From positions 124,113-188,112 of the forward strand of contig LBVU01000004.1 of assembly GCA_000993205.1 (NCBI GenBank): a DNA stretch of 64,000 bases, read 5' to 3'. This document shows positions 37,004 through 47,289 of the stretch, one piece after another. The stretch's first letter is position 1, and every line of letters begins with the position of its first letter. Both the position numbers and the translations under genes were made by a program. The notes beneath the pieces are model-generated. The model worked only from the letters and a program-made list of their open reading frames with translations, was not told where the DNA came from and did not search any database. This DNA is from Candidatus Woesebacteria bacterium GW2011_GWB1_39_10. Lineage in GTDB: Bacteria > Patescibacteriota > Microgenomatia > UBA8517.

Positions 37004-39475
37004 CTACTTGAGTATTTTAGGACTTTGTAAGTACGAATCGAGAACTTCTATATTTACCGGAACCAAAGACAAGGGAACAACAACCAACCCTCTTATCATA
37101 CTACCGGTATTTGCCAAATCCAAACTAATATTTTTAATTCCCTGAACCTGAGAAAAATGACAAATAGAATAAAAGCGCTGATTATGTTTGGTAGAGAAAA
37201 AATCTTTTTTATCTATTGGGGACAATTTTGAATAAAAAGAATCCGGCTCACCAATCCAGATAATAAAAAGGGAAATACCATTATTCGTTAGTTGTTTTTC
37301 GCATACCATTTTTTCATTTACATTTGCGTTAGATAAAATATTTGAGAGATCAGAGAAACTTTTTGAAGATACAACTGAATAGTACTGCGCCAACGAGTCT
37401 AATCCGCTAGCGTCTGGAAGATCCCAATGGGTCAGAATATTCGAAAGTATTCCCGCTCTCAAATCGATAAAGTTCATTTGACCTTTGTTAATAGTTGTAT
37501 TTAATTTTATGTTTAACCTGGGTGTGAATACTGCGGGAAAATTAAGATCAGTTAACGTCAGGGTCGGGTTTTTGAAATATGTTAATTTGTTTATATCGTC
37601 AGTTATAATTTCCGGTACAAATAAATTGTCGATGGTTTTCCCCCAATACAAACCCCAATCTTTCAAAAATATTGCCTGAGTTTTTGGATTGCGAATTTGC
37701 TCTTTTAATACAGCAGAAAGATCCTGCTCTATTGCTCCATCATCGTAGTCTGTAAAAATAGCATAAAGATTGTCCATAAAATCATTTTTTTGGGAATCAG
37801 CTAACCCGTCCAAATACAGCTTAAGTTCATTATCGCCCCAAAAGATTCTAATTTTTGAAAAATTCCAAAACGCGGCAAAATAATATTCTGAAGGCCTATA
37901 ATTATCTTTTCGTTTGGAATAGCCGTCATCATAGAAGATATTTATGTTATTAGCGTTTACAGGAATGTGTTTTCTATAAGAATCAAAAAAGAATTGTTGC
38001 CTTGTGACAGAAACTCCTTTGGCAAAATCTAAAAAAAATGTATACCTGTCATTAATCAATTTATAACTAAGTGTAATTGACCCTAATATTATTAGCCCGA
38101 TAACAATTCGTCCAAAAGGCCTTTTTATTTTATCTACAAAAGCAATGATTTGATAAAAAATATATGACCAAATCATAATAGCTCCAGCGCACGCAACATA
38201 TGAAAGGTGATGGGTGCGTGTCGCAATATCTATCTCACGGTCCGTTGATGGAAGATGGGGAGCAAATAGAACATAGAATAAAATCGATGTTGTAAGCCAA
38301 AAAAAACCGATAGATAAGGTTAGTGGAATTTTTTTTCTACGAAGTTTTGTGAATAAACAATAAAACAAGAAAAGAGCCAAAAAAAGAAATCCCATATAGA
38401 CAGTTAATGTTCCTGGATTAATCGTTGAATTTGTCCACCTACTTAAAGATATATAAAATTCAACCGGTACTGAGGAAATACCAATCATGTACAAATATAT
38501 CCTGTAAAAGGAGGCTGTGGTTACTTCGGTCTTGATATTTCTAATTTGCCATAGACCTCTGATAGTAAGGAAGAGAACAATCGGTAAATAGTAAGGAATC
38601 TGATTTAATAACAAGTTTTTTAACCATATAAATATTTTTTTTGGATTAAAAAATTCTACCGATACTAAAAATATTACAATTGACATAAACGGCAAAATAA
38701 AACCGACCCGCGCGATACCAGACATGAATGCAGGCAAAATCAAAAAAGCTGAAAGGTAGGGAATATTCGTACCCCCTTTTTTCCTAATTTCCCAAACGCA
38801 AGCAACTACTGAGAGACAAACCAAAAACGCCTGCCAAGCTATATTTATGGGGTTCATATAATATTCAAAAGCTTCAAATGATATTGTAGTAGTCGAAACA
38901 AAAAAGGCCGCCATCAATCCAATATAATTATTTTTTGAAATATATTTTGTCAATAGAAAAACCCCAACGGCAAAAAGAAAATGTAGAAGCAGTATTGAGA
39001 ACTGGTATGGAATTATCGAATAATCAAAAAAATGCCTAATCACCTCCCATGTCCACGCCGGAAAAGATGACAGCCAGGGCCCCCAAGTAAAAAAACTATA
39101 ACCACCCCCGATACGATTTAAAAATAAATAGAAATCATCTTTCCAAAAATATGTAGAAAATTGCTTAAAACGAAAAACAAATATCGTGATAAATAAAAAA
39201 ATAATTCCGTACCAATCTTGTTTAGAGATCTTAATTCTAAAATTCTTATAAAAATTTCTTATATACAGCACGGATAGCAATGCAAAAAAAAATATTCCAA
39301 TTATCTCGGGCATGATTTTTGCAGCAGGTAATCCACCATATTTATTGAAAAATTTCCAAGATGATTGTGAATAATTTATTGCAACGAAAACCATTGAAAT
39401 AATCCCATAGAATAATTTATTTGATATTCCACAACATCTCTTGATTTCTTTAAAGACGGTTAGAAATTTGATCAT
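37004..39475 (-). CDS. Large polytopic membrane protein (823 aa), candidate GT-C glycosyltransferase; paralog trio member
   Basis: About 14 TM helices in the N-terminal 480 aa, then a roughly 330-aa soluble domain. The first loop is FSTYFWKDDFYLFLNRIGGGY. Confidence 0.45.
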   Translation of the reverse strand: MIKFLTVFKEIKRCCGISNKLFYGIISMVFVAINYSQSSWKFFNKYGGLPAAKIMPEIIGIFFFALLSVLYIRNFYKNFRIKISKQDWYGIIFLFITIFVFRFKQFSTYFWKDDFYLFLNRIGGGYSFFTWGPWLSSFPAWTWEVIRHFFDYSIIPYQFSILLLHFLFAVGVFLLTKYISKNNYIGLMAAFFVSTTTISFEAFEYYMNPINIAWQAFLVCLSVVACVWEIRKKGGTNIPYLSAFLILPAFMSGIARVGFILPFMSIVIFLVSVEFFNPKKIFIWLKNLLLNQIPYYLPIVLFLTIRGLWQIRNIKTEVTTASFYRIYLYMIGISSVPVEFYISLSRWTNSTINPGTLTVYMGFLFLALFLFYCLFTKLRRKKIPLTLSIGFFWLTTSILFYVLFAPHLPSTDREIDIATRTHHLSYVACAGAIMIWSYIFYQIIAFVDKIKRPFGRIVIGLIILGSITLSYKLINDRYTFFLDFAKGVSVTRQQFFFDSYRKHIPVNANNINIFYDDGYSKRKDNYRPSEYYFAAFWNFSKIRIFWGDNELKLYLDGLADSQKNDFMDNLYAIFTDYDDGAIEQDLSAVLKEQIRNPKTQAIFLKDWGLYWGKTIDNLFVPEIITDDINKLTYFKNPTLTLTDLNFPAVFTPRLNIKLNTTINKGQMNFIDLRAGILSNILTHWDLPDASGLDSLAQYYSVVSSKSFSDLSNILSNANVNEKMVCEKQLTNNGISLFIIWIGEPDSFYSKLSPIDKKDFFSTKHNQRFYSICHFSQVQGIKNISLDLANTGSMIRGLVVVPLSLVPVNIEVLDSYLQSPKILK

Positions 39476-41160
39476 AAGCCTATTATTATTTGTGACGTTA
39501 TATCCTCTATCGTATTCGCTTTGGAATTGTAATAAAAAGCCTTAACAGCAGTCTTCTCAATTTTTTTCTCTTTAAATACACTCCTCAAACTGTCCAGATC
39601 AGAAAAATATCCAAACCCATACTCGCTTGATTCTTTATATCCCTTACTTCCTATCTCAAACAAATAACTTTGATCGAGAAACTCTGTGGGGATTTTGCCA
39701 GAATTATAATACAAAGACATCAAATTGTACCCCATTCCCGTTTGAAACGGTACTTTATTTCCAACTAAATAAAAATCAGAGTCCCCTGTTATGTAAAATA
39801 TATTTTTATTATTTTCCAAGGTTGGTTTGATTCTCTTTATTTGATCAATAATTCCAATTCTGACCTGGGAATCTTTAACTAGTTGATTTAAATTTTTTTG
39901 AGCAGCGTTTATGTGAGCAAAAAGGAAGAATAAAAATGCTATGAGTATTAAAAATTGCAATAATCTTATTTTAATTTTTTCCTCACAAACCTTTAATACC
40001 CAAGCAAAAATAACAGCCCAAGCGACACTCGCCACATAATAATATCTGGATTCTAGATATGAATAGCTTTTAGAAATTATTATATATGGAAGGAAACTCG
40101 CTAATAAAAAAATAAACCAAAAGATTACATGCTTTCTTATCTTTATCTCCGTTAGTTTCAATATAATAAATGAAATAACACCGATGACAGCTGACAAAAC
40201 AATCGCCAGAAGATCCAAAACTGCTGTTTGAGCAATTAAGATAAATTGTCCCTCAGGAACAAATGGGTAGTAAACGTTTGTTATATATCTTGCAAAATTT
40301 AGGAAGATGTCGGGGGGAACGATCGAGAGAGAAAGCGAAGTTAATGGATACAAAACCGATCTGACAACTAGAGAGTCTAAAAAGTATTTTGATGAACCCG
40401 TGAGAAAGAGAACCTCTTCATGAGGAACAGATTTAAACTCATATAATCTAAATACTACGATGAGACCCATTGTTAAAAAGAAATACCAATACTTTTTGAT
40501 AAACTCAATAATGGAATATTTTTTATAGACAAATGAAAAAAGAGGCAATAGTAAAAATAAAAATAATCCGGTTTCTTTAAAAAACAAGGATAAATAAATA
40601 GAAATAAAACTACAAAATAACCATTTATTTTCAAAAAGATCGACAAACTTAAAATAAAATAAGACGGCTAAAAGAATTAATGTTGTGGAAGGTAGTGTAT
40701 TAACCGATGCAGCAATCCAGGTTATCGAACTTTGAGAAACACTATTTACAGCGAAGAAAAGGCTGCCAAAAAAAGCATGTAAATCTTTCCTGAATATTTT
40801 TTTTGCGAGTAGAAAAACTAAAATTGTATTTGTTGCATGTAAAATAATGGAAAACCACGCAACGGGGGTAACATCCAGCGGAAACTCTTTGTAAAACTCA
40901 TATTGAAGAAAGCGAGTAAAAATTCTTCCTTCTCCTAAAAATATATTAATTAACCCATTGGTATCTAAAAATATTGATCCTAAATTTTTAGACAAGTACG
41001 TTGCGCTTGAAAAAATCATTGCCGGCCCATTTGCTAAATACATTCCATAACCATGCCATTCATCCTGCTGATAAAAAGTTTTTGTTAATGGAAAATAAAT
41101 AACTAAAACTACAATAACTAAAATCAAACAAGGAAGCATGATTTTAGAAAAAAATTTCAT
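39472..41160 (-). CDS. Large polytopic membrane protein (562 aa from MKFFSKIM), candidate GT-C glycosyltransferase; paralog trio member
   Basis: The ORF track extends to 41235, but the ATG at 41160 forms an ATGA overlap with the stop of the upstream methyltransferase gene. The first loop is FYQQDEWHGYGMYLANGP. About 13 TM helices plus a C-terminal soluble domain. Confidence 0.45.
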   Translation of the reverse strand: MKFFSKIMLPCLILVIVVLVIYFPLTKTFYQQDEWHGYGMYLANGPAMIFSSATYLSKNLGSIFLDTNGLINIFLGEGRIFTRFLQYEFYKEFPLDVTPVAWFSIILHATNTILVFLLAKKIFRKDLHAFFGSLFFAVNSVSQSSITWIAASVNTLPSTTLILLAVLFYFKFVDLFENKWLFCSFISIYLSLFFKETGLFLFLLLPLFSFVYKKYSIIEFIKKYWYFFLTMGLIVVFRLYEFKSVPHEEVLFLTGSSKYFLDSLVVRSVLYPLTSLSLSIVPPDIFLNFARYITNVYYPFVPEGQFILIAQTAVLDLLAIVLSAVIGVISFIILKLTEIKIRKHVIFWFIFLLASFLPYIIISKSYSYLESRYYYVASVAWAVIFAWVLKVCEEKIKIRLLQFLILIAFLFFLFAHINAAQKNLNQLVKDSQVRIGIIDQIKRIKPTLENNKNIFYITGDSDFYLVGNKVPFQTGMGYNLMSLYYNSGKIPTEFLDQSYLFEIGSKGYKESSEYGFGYFSDLDSLRSVFKEKKIEKTAVKAFYYNSKANTIEDITSQIIIGL

Positions 41161-41882
41161 ATTTTTGTTGCTAAAACAAAATAACCAAAACAAAGTTGTT
41201 TTTCTGACCCAGTAGAGAATTTTGATACAAACCAAACCATCATTACAACTGGTATTATAATAAAGTAAAGAAGGTAAGGTAAATAACCCAAACTGCTATA
41301 TTTCTTCAAGGTAATTGGTAGCCTGCTCAACTCTTGATTGATATAATCGAAAAAATTGCCGTTCGATTGTATTTTTAATATTTTTAATCCATTATCAACC
41401 AAGAGCCTCTTGTACCAATTTATGCTAAACCCTGTAGAAAAAAAATATGGTGAAAAGTGTGTTTGAGATGCAAATGGAGCAGTCAAGATAAGCTTTCCTT
41501 TTTTCTTCAATATTCTTGATATTTCTTTTACTGCTAAATCAGGGTATGGAACGTGTTCTAAAACTTCTGTACACAATATATTGTCAAACGAAAAATTTTT
41601 GACAGGTATTTTTGTTATATCTGAAACGATATCAATCTTTGACATATCCCATTCCCCCATTTGCAAACCAATCATATCTCCATCTCCCTTATATTGCCCA
41701 AGATCCTGGCTCGTGTATTTCAAATGTTTAGAATATTTTCTAAATCTCCCTTCCCCCGCTCCAACGTCAATGATACTCTTACCACCCGGTATCTTGCCTA
41801 TTTCTTTTATAACCCACCTAACCCTATTTTGTTCATTCAATAGAAATGGAAAAAGGAAAAATTTAATATTTTCTAAATTCAT
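41157..41882 (-). CDS. Class I SAM-dependent methyltransferase
   Basis: IIDVGAGEGRF motif I and NILCTEVLEHV motif II. Hydrophobic C-terminal tail. Confidence 0.85.
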   Translation of the reverse strand: MNLENIKFFLFPFLLNEQNRVRWVIKEIGKIPGGKSIIDVGAGEGRFRKYSKHLKYTSQDLGQYKGDGDMIGLQMGEWDMSKIDIVSDITKIPVKNFSFDNILCTEVLEHVPYPDLAVKEISRILKKKGKLILTAPFASQTHFSPYFFSTGFSINWYKRLLVDNGLKILKIQSNGNFFDYINQELSRLPITLKKYSSLGYLPYLLYFIIIPVVMMVWFVSKFSTGSEKQLCFGYFVLATKI

Positions 41883-41892
41883 TTATAACATT

Positions 41893-42840
41893 TTATTTTT
41901 TATTTAAAAGCATCGCATATTTTGATCTTTTAACTATATTTAAACAAGGTGCTGCCAGAATATCCTTCAATTCTCCTTCAGAATAAAATTTTTGATATTT
42001 ATGAGAACCTAAAATATCATAAATATCGAGCCAGGTTTCTTTAAATCCATGGTTAAGAGGAAGAGACTTTCTAAGCCAAGTGCTTAAATAGGGTGTGTGT
42101 GATAAAAGAAAAGAAAATATAGTAATAATAAACGATAAATTTTTTAGCAAAACGGGTGGAATCAATTTTGTGACCTTTCTTACAAGATCCAAAAACTTTA
42201 TAAAATTTTCCCTCCCTTTCTTTAAGTAAATATTAAAAATAAAATCTGTTTTCTTATTCATCAGTTTCGAAATCCCCATAACTGCCAATTTAGCATCTTT
42301 TGTGTGTTGAATAACATTTATACAATAAATCAAACCAATCTTTATATTTTTAGTATCTATTGGTGGATTAGATATATCACATTGGATAACAAAAATTTTG
42401 TGGTTTGTTATATCCGCAACCTTTTTTGTTATCATTCTAGAGGCATCAGAGAGCTCTAAAGCAAAAACAAACTTGGCCCCCGCCTGAACCATCCACAAAC
42501 TTTGCCGACCCGAACCAGCTCCACAATCTACAATTATTTTGTCCTTAAAATACTCCAAGCTTTCAACTGTTGGTTTTACTATATCTGATAACCAACCCTT
42601 TTTACCATAATCAAAGTCAAACTCATTCCATTCATACGCGAAGCTTACAACAGTGGAAATCGCCTGAGAACTCTTGGTTAACAATATTGGTACACCATTT
42701 TTGATTTTGTAATAATTGCCAGATTTGCTCTTTAACACGCCAGACACAACATCGTCTCCATGTTTTTTTGTGATTTTGCAAAAATCTAATTTAGATTTAT
42801 CTAGAGGATCACAAATATATTCTACCCATTGAATTTTCAT
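41893..42840 (-). CDS. SAM-dependent methyltransferase with N-terminal Trm112-like zinc-ribbon domain
   Basis: The N-terminus YICDPLDKSKLDF...GVLKSKSGNYYKIKNGVPILL resembles the Trm112/DUF343 fold. This is followed by IVDCGAGSGRQSL motif I. Confidence 0.75.
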   Translation of the reverse strand: MKIQWVEYICDPLDKSKLDFCKITKKHGDDVVSGVLKSKSGNYYKIKNGVPILLTKSSQAISTVVSFAYEWNEFDFDYGKKGWLSDIVKPTVESLEYFKDKIIVDCGAGSGRQSLWMVQAGAKFVFALELSDASRMITKKVADITNHKIFVIQCDISNPPIDTKNIKIGLIYCINVIQHTKDAKLAVMGISKLMNKKTDFIFNIYLKKGRENFIKFLDLVRKVTKLIPPVLLKNLSFIITIFSFLLSHTPYLSTWLRKSLPLNHGFKETWLDIYDILGSHKYQKFYSEGELKDILAAPCLNIVKRSKYAMLLNKK

Positions 42841-42842
42841 AC

Positions 42843-43976
42843 CTAGATTTTCAAATCAGAAAATATATTTTCATAATCAAATCTTTCTGAATAGCTAATA
42901 GCATTTTTCCTAAATTTATCATTTATACTCGATTTCATGAGAAATGATAACTTTTTTATCAGATCTTTACCATCGTCGCGAATTATTAGACCGCATTTGT
43001 TTTTTTCAATTTCTTTTGCATTCCATGGTAGATCGGTTAGAAGAATCGGAATACCACAGGCTAGATAAGTTTTTATTTTTCCAGGATCTGAATAATGAGT
43101 GTATGAGTCTTTTGTTTTTAAATAAGGCGCAATCGCCACTGCCGACTTGGCAATTTCATTTTCCAATTTAAGAGTATCTATTTTGCCAAGAAACTTGCAA
43201 TATTTACCTACTGAAATTTTGTTGGCCAATTTAACAAGTTGACCTTTATAATTTCCGTCTCCGATTATTTTAAATATAAAATTTGGATTCTTTTTTATTA
43301 TTTCAGGTATTTTTTTGATAACCATACCAACCCCTTGTTTTGCCAGTAAATGACCCATAAATACTAAGGTACTTTTTTGACATGATTTATATGGCAACCT
43401 TTTAATACGATCCGTCCAAACCCCATATGGCACAACTCTGTGAAATTTATAATCACGCTCATTGACTCTAAAAAATATTTTCCTACCCTTAATCATTTTT
43501 GGTGAAAGGTCCCAGACTTCGTCAGCATTTTTACAAGCGAAGATATTTATTCTATGATAAATTGAGTTCTTCCATTCGCTTTCAAATCGGCCCAAAGGAA
43601 CAAAGTCCATATTCCAATACACAACCTTCTTGCAAACACCAAAAGCTTTTAAAATTATCCCAAAAAAGGAACATAGTCCGTCCATTCCAACAAACAAGTC
43701 AACTTTTCTTTTTGCAGATAATAGCCACTTTGCCGTAAAAAAGAACTCCTTAAAATAAATTAGCGACTCGGGAAGAAATGTGTAGTCCAATGACTTCTCT
43801 CTTTTGGTTTTTTTCCAATTCGGATATAGATCAAGAGCACTTCTTCGATCTTTTGTATCCGAAAAACTATGCTTGATATGGAAAATGTTATATCCGTTCT
43901 TCCTATGAAGGAAGTAAACCAAATCATCGTCTGGCTGGGGGAGGTGTTTGTGAGCAACAATTGCGATATTTTTCAT
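42843..43976 (-). CDS. Atypical GT4-family glycosyltransferase (paralog group A, member 2)
   Basis: VYWNMDFVPLGRFESEWKNSIYHRINIFACKNADEVWDLSPKM and the C-terminal YLACGIPILLTDLPWN motif. Confidence 0.7.
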   Translation of the reverse strand: MKNIAIVAHKHLPQPDDDLVYFLHRKNGYNIFHIKHSFSDTKDRRSALDLYPNWKKTKREKSLDYTFLPESLIYFKEFFFTAKWLLSAKRKVDLFVGMDGLCSFFGIILKAFGVCKKVVYWNMDFVPLGRFESEWKNSIYHRINIFACKNADEVWDLSPKMIKGRKIFFRVNERDYKFHRVVPYGVWTDRIKRLPYKSCQKSTLVFMGHLLAKQGVGMVIKKIPEIIKKNPNFIFKIIGDGNYKGQLVKLANKISVGKYCKFLGKIDTLKLENEIAKSAVAIAPYLKTKDSYTHYSDPGKIKTYLACGIPILLTDLPWNAKEIEKNKCGLIIRDDGKDLIKKLSFLMKSSINDKFRKNAISYSERFDYENIFSDLKI

Positions 43977-43978
43977 TT

Positions 43979-45826
43979 TTAAAAAAATTTATTAATCCAA
44001 TTAGACAAAGTCAGAAGGGCAAAAATATTGTTGTGATAACCCAAATCACTTGAATAATATTCGTTTATGTAGCTATCAAGTTTGCTGTCGTCAAATATTC
44101 CGGATTGTCTAAACTTTTTGGAATTTAATTGGCTCAACGTATATTCCTTCAAATCAGTTTGCAACCAATCTCCAATCGGGGCATTAAACCCCATCTTGGG
44201 ACGATTAACAATATTTTCCGGTAGTATATTTTTTTCTAGTAACATTCTTTTGAAAATATACTTTTTATTGAAATTCCGAATCTTTAAGTAGGATGGTATT
44301 TTCGCAGTCAATTCCATTAGTTGGTAATCCAAAAGTGGAGCTCTTACCTCAAGACTTGCGCTCATTGACGCTATATCCATTTTGTAAAGCAAATCCTCGG
44401 GTAAATACGAATTTATATCAGCTTTTAAGGCATTGTCAATATCGGTTAACTTGTTATCAAATTGTTCTTTATCAATCAAAAACGTATCTTTTCCCGAGTT
44501 AGAAAGTATAAAGTCCTTATCGTCATTATTAAAGAAACTTTTATAATTCATATATCTCTTATAAAACGGTTCTTCAAAAGTGTCTGAAAATGTTTTAAGC
44601 CTGGAGGTTAAAAGATTTGGAGAAAGATTAAAAAGCGAGCTAATAACCGGCTTAACTAGATAATTTCTCAACTTTCTCGGTAATAAACGAAAGTATTCGC
44701 CAAAGGCAACAACACTGTATCTATCATAACCGGCAAAATTTTCATCCCCCCCATCTCCGCTGAGCGCAACGGTTACGTCTTTTCTGACAAATCTTGAAAG
44801 AAAAAGTGTCGGAATTAGGGAATTGTCTGCAAACGGTTCATCATAATAATCAGAAATCTTCGGAAGTTCTTCTTTGAATGTTTTTGCATCAATCTTGATG
44901 AACGAATGATCGGTGCAATACAGTTCCGCAATCTGTTTTGAATATTTAGTTTCGTCAAATTTCGGGTCAGTAAACCCTACACTGAAAGTTTTGATGCGTT
45001 TTGTAGAATTCATTGCCATAAAAGCGGTTGTTGCGCTAGAATCAACCCCACCGCTTAAAAATGCTCCAACAGGAACATCGGATATCATCCGGTCCTTGAC
45101 CGACTTGTTAACTTTTTCTTCCAATATCTCAACCCACTCGTTCTCGTTCAAATTAAGTTTTTTAGAAAAATCCAAACTCCAATATTTATTAATTTTTAAT
45201 TTTCTCTCTTTAAAGACAAAATAACTTGCAGAGGGCAATTTATATATGTTCTGAAAACCGGTCTTTGGTGCCGGTATATACTGGAGTGTTAGATAATCAC
45301 CTATTGCTTCAATGTCCATCTTCGGTTTATCTTTAAGAACTGACAAAATCCCTTTTATCTCTGAAGCAAAAACAAATGTTTTACCGTCAAAAAAATATTT
45401 TAAGGGTTTTTCACCTCGTCTATCTCTTGCACCAAAAAGTAAGTTATTCTTGATATCATAAATCACAAAGGCAAACATGCCGTTTAATCGTTTTAAACAG
45501 TTAATACCCCATTTTTTATATGCGTAAATAATTACTTCGGTGTCAGAATTGCTCTTAAACTTATACTCTTTTCCCAACTGATTTCTGACTTCCATGAAGT
45601 TGTATATCTCGCCGTTATAGACGATGCAAATACTTTTTTCATTGTCGAACATCGGTTGATGGCCCTTTGGAGAAACATCTATAATAGCGAGTCTACTATT
45701 ACCCAAACCTATATTTCCTTTTATAAAAATCCCACTATCATCCGGACCACGGTGATGAGTTGCTTGAAGCATTTTCTCCAACTTATTTCTATCAACATCC
45801 CCCACGTAACCCACAATTCCACACAT
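43979..45826 (-). CDS. asnB: Asparagine synthase (glutamine-hydrolysing) family amidotransferase, likely sugar-acid amidating (WbpS-like context)
   Basis: N-terminal MCGIVGY (Ntn Cys2), the GATase-2 domain, and the PP-loop SGGVDSS. 615 aa. Confidence 0.8.
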   Translation of the reverse strand: MCGIVGYVGDVDRNKLEKMLQATHHRGPDDSGIFIKGNIGLGNSRLAIIDVSPKGHQPMFDNEKSICIVYNGEIYNFMEVRNQLGKEYKFKSNSDTEVIIYAYKKWGINCLKRLNGMFAFVIYDIKNNLLFGARDRRGEKPLKYFFDGKTFVFASEIKGILSVLKDKPKMDIEAIGDYLTLQYIPAPKTGFQNIYKLPSASYFVFKERKLKINKYWSLDFSKKLNLNENEWVEILEEKVNKSVKDRMISDVPVGAFLSGGVDSSATTAFMAMNSTKRIKTFSVGFTDPKFDETKYSKQIAELYCTDHSFIKIDAKTFKEELPKISDYYDEPFADNSLIPTLFLSRFVRKDVTVALSGDGGDENFAGYDRYSVVAFGEYFRLLPRKLRNYLVKPVISSLFNLSPNLLTSRLKTFSDTFEEPFYKRYMNYKSFFNNDDKDFILSNSGKDTFLIDKEQFDNKLTDIDNALKADINSYLPEDLLYKMDIASMSASLEVRAPLLDYQLMELTAKIPSYLKIRNFNKKYIFKRMLLEKNILPENIVNRPKMGFNAPIGDWLQTDLKEYTLSQLNSKKFRQSGIFDDSKLDSYINEYYSSDLGYHNNIFALLTLSNWINKFF

Positions 45827-46644
45827 TATTTTTTCCTCCTTAAAAGATTAAACAGCCAAAATTTCATTTTTGCGGGCACTATAAACATTACTATTATGCG
45901 TAAGATTATATATAACCAATCTACCAAACGCGCAGAATATCCATATTCAAAAATGCCTTTAATTCTCGCATATATTGCATATTTTTCCTGGATAATATTT
46001 CTTGAGCTTGAACTGGAATCTGTGTGCATCCTCAATTTAACCAGTTTATCTTTAATGTTTGCAAATTTAGATATTGAACCCAATCTAAAATACAGCTCGG
46101 CGTCCTGACTTAAGGGAATATTTTCGTTATAACCTCTCAAATTAACTAAAAGTTCTCTATTCCAAATAGTAGCAGGATGAGCAAAAGGGCTATATAAAAA
46201 AATTATTTTTCTTAAATCACCATCTGTCTGTGGATATTCCCTGACATTTAATACCTGTAAATTTTTGTCACAAACCTCAATTGTCCCACCGCTTACTCCA
46301 ACTTTGGGACGAGCCTCCATATAATCATATTGTGTTTGAAGTCTATTCGGGTAGCTCCAGTCATCTACGTCCATACGAACAATATATTTGCCACAGGCTT
46401 TTGACAAACCGACATTAAGTGTTTTTGAAGTTTTGAGATTAATTTTATTTTGTAATGCAACTATTCTTTTGTCTTTTTTCTTATAATCGTTAATAATCTT
46501 CCACGAGTCATCGGTTGAATCATCATCAACAATAATAAATTCAAAATCCTGGAATGTTTGATCTAGAATACTTTCGATGGAGGTCATTAAATATTTCTCA
46601 CCATTATAAACCGGCATTAATACAGAAATTTTAGGATTATTCAT
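45826..46644 (-). CDS. Glycosyltransferase family 2
   Basis: ISVLMPVYNGEKYLMTSIESIL...FEFIIVDDDSTDDS and RMDVDDWS (DxD). Confidence 0.85.
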   Translation of the reverse strand: MNNPKISVLMPVYNGEKYLMTSIESILDQTFQDFEFIIVDDDSTDDSWKIINDYKKKDKRIVALQNKINLKTSKTLNVGLSKACGKYIVRMDVDDWSYPNRLQTQYDYMEARPKVGVSGGTIEVCDKNLQVLNVREYPQTDGDLRKIIFLYSPFAHPATIWNRELLVNLRGYNENIPLSQDAELYFRLGSISKFANIKDKLVKLRMHTDSSSSSRNIIQEKYAIYARIKGIFEYGYSARLVDWLYIILRIIVMFIVPAKMKFWLFNLLRRKK

Positions 46645-46668
46645 GATATTCTAACAAGCTATTGCTTA

Positions 46669-47223
46669 TTATTCTTTAGTTCTTCTGAGAATCTTTGCTG
46701 GCACACCACCGACAACACTGTTAGAAGGAACATCTTTCACAACAACAGCATTGGCTCCAATCTGAACATTATTTCCTATCGTAACCCGCCCAACGATACG
46801 AGCTCCTATAAAAACAGTAACACCATTACCCAATTTAGGTACTTCAAGATTTCTACTATGTCCTTTTGTTCCCAATGTTAGCGGTCCAATGAGCGTCAAG
46901 TTGTTACCAGCAACCGACCCATCCGCAACAATCACTCCCCGATTATGAATATATAGACTTTTGTCTATTTTGACCAACGGAGAGATGTTAATATCTAAAA
47001 CATAATATGTAACGATAAAATAAAACGGATATAAAACTGCTCCAATGATTTTCCAGACAACAAAAGTGTTTGATAGTAGATAATTTTCTATACGATAAAT
47101 AACAGAAAAAAACATACCTGGGTTGTGAAATAAAACGGCCAAGAACAATAGTGGATTCATCTTTTTATGAAGTTTTAAATATCTTCTCCAGTCGGACCAA
47201 ATAAGTTGTATTGTTTTAACCAC
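46669..47223 (-). CDS. Serine-acetyltransferase-like (CysE/WcaB family) hexapeptide O-acetyltransferase
   Basis: N-terminal SAT-like helix (IQLIWSDWRRYLK), then LbH repeats IGARIVGRVTIGNNVQIGANAVV and GGVPAKILR. Confidence 0.75.
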   Translation of the reverse strand: MVKTIQLIWSDWRRYLKLHKKMNPLLFLAVLFHNPGMFFSVIYRIENYLLSNTFVVWKIIGAVLYPFYFIVTYYVLDINISPLVKIDKSLYIHNRGVIVADGSVAGNNLTLIGPLTLGTKGHSRNLEVPKLGNGVTVFIGARIVGRVTIGNNVQIGANAVVVKDVPSNSVVGGVPAKILRRTKE

Positions 47224-47289
47224 GTGGATTCAAAGCATTATATCAAAACGTAGACAAACAACTGAGCAAAGTATAGACTATAGCCACAA

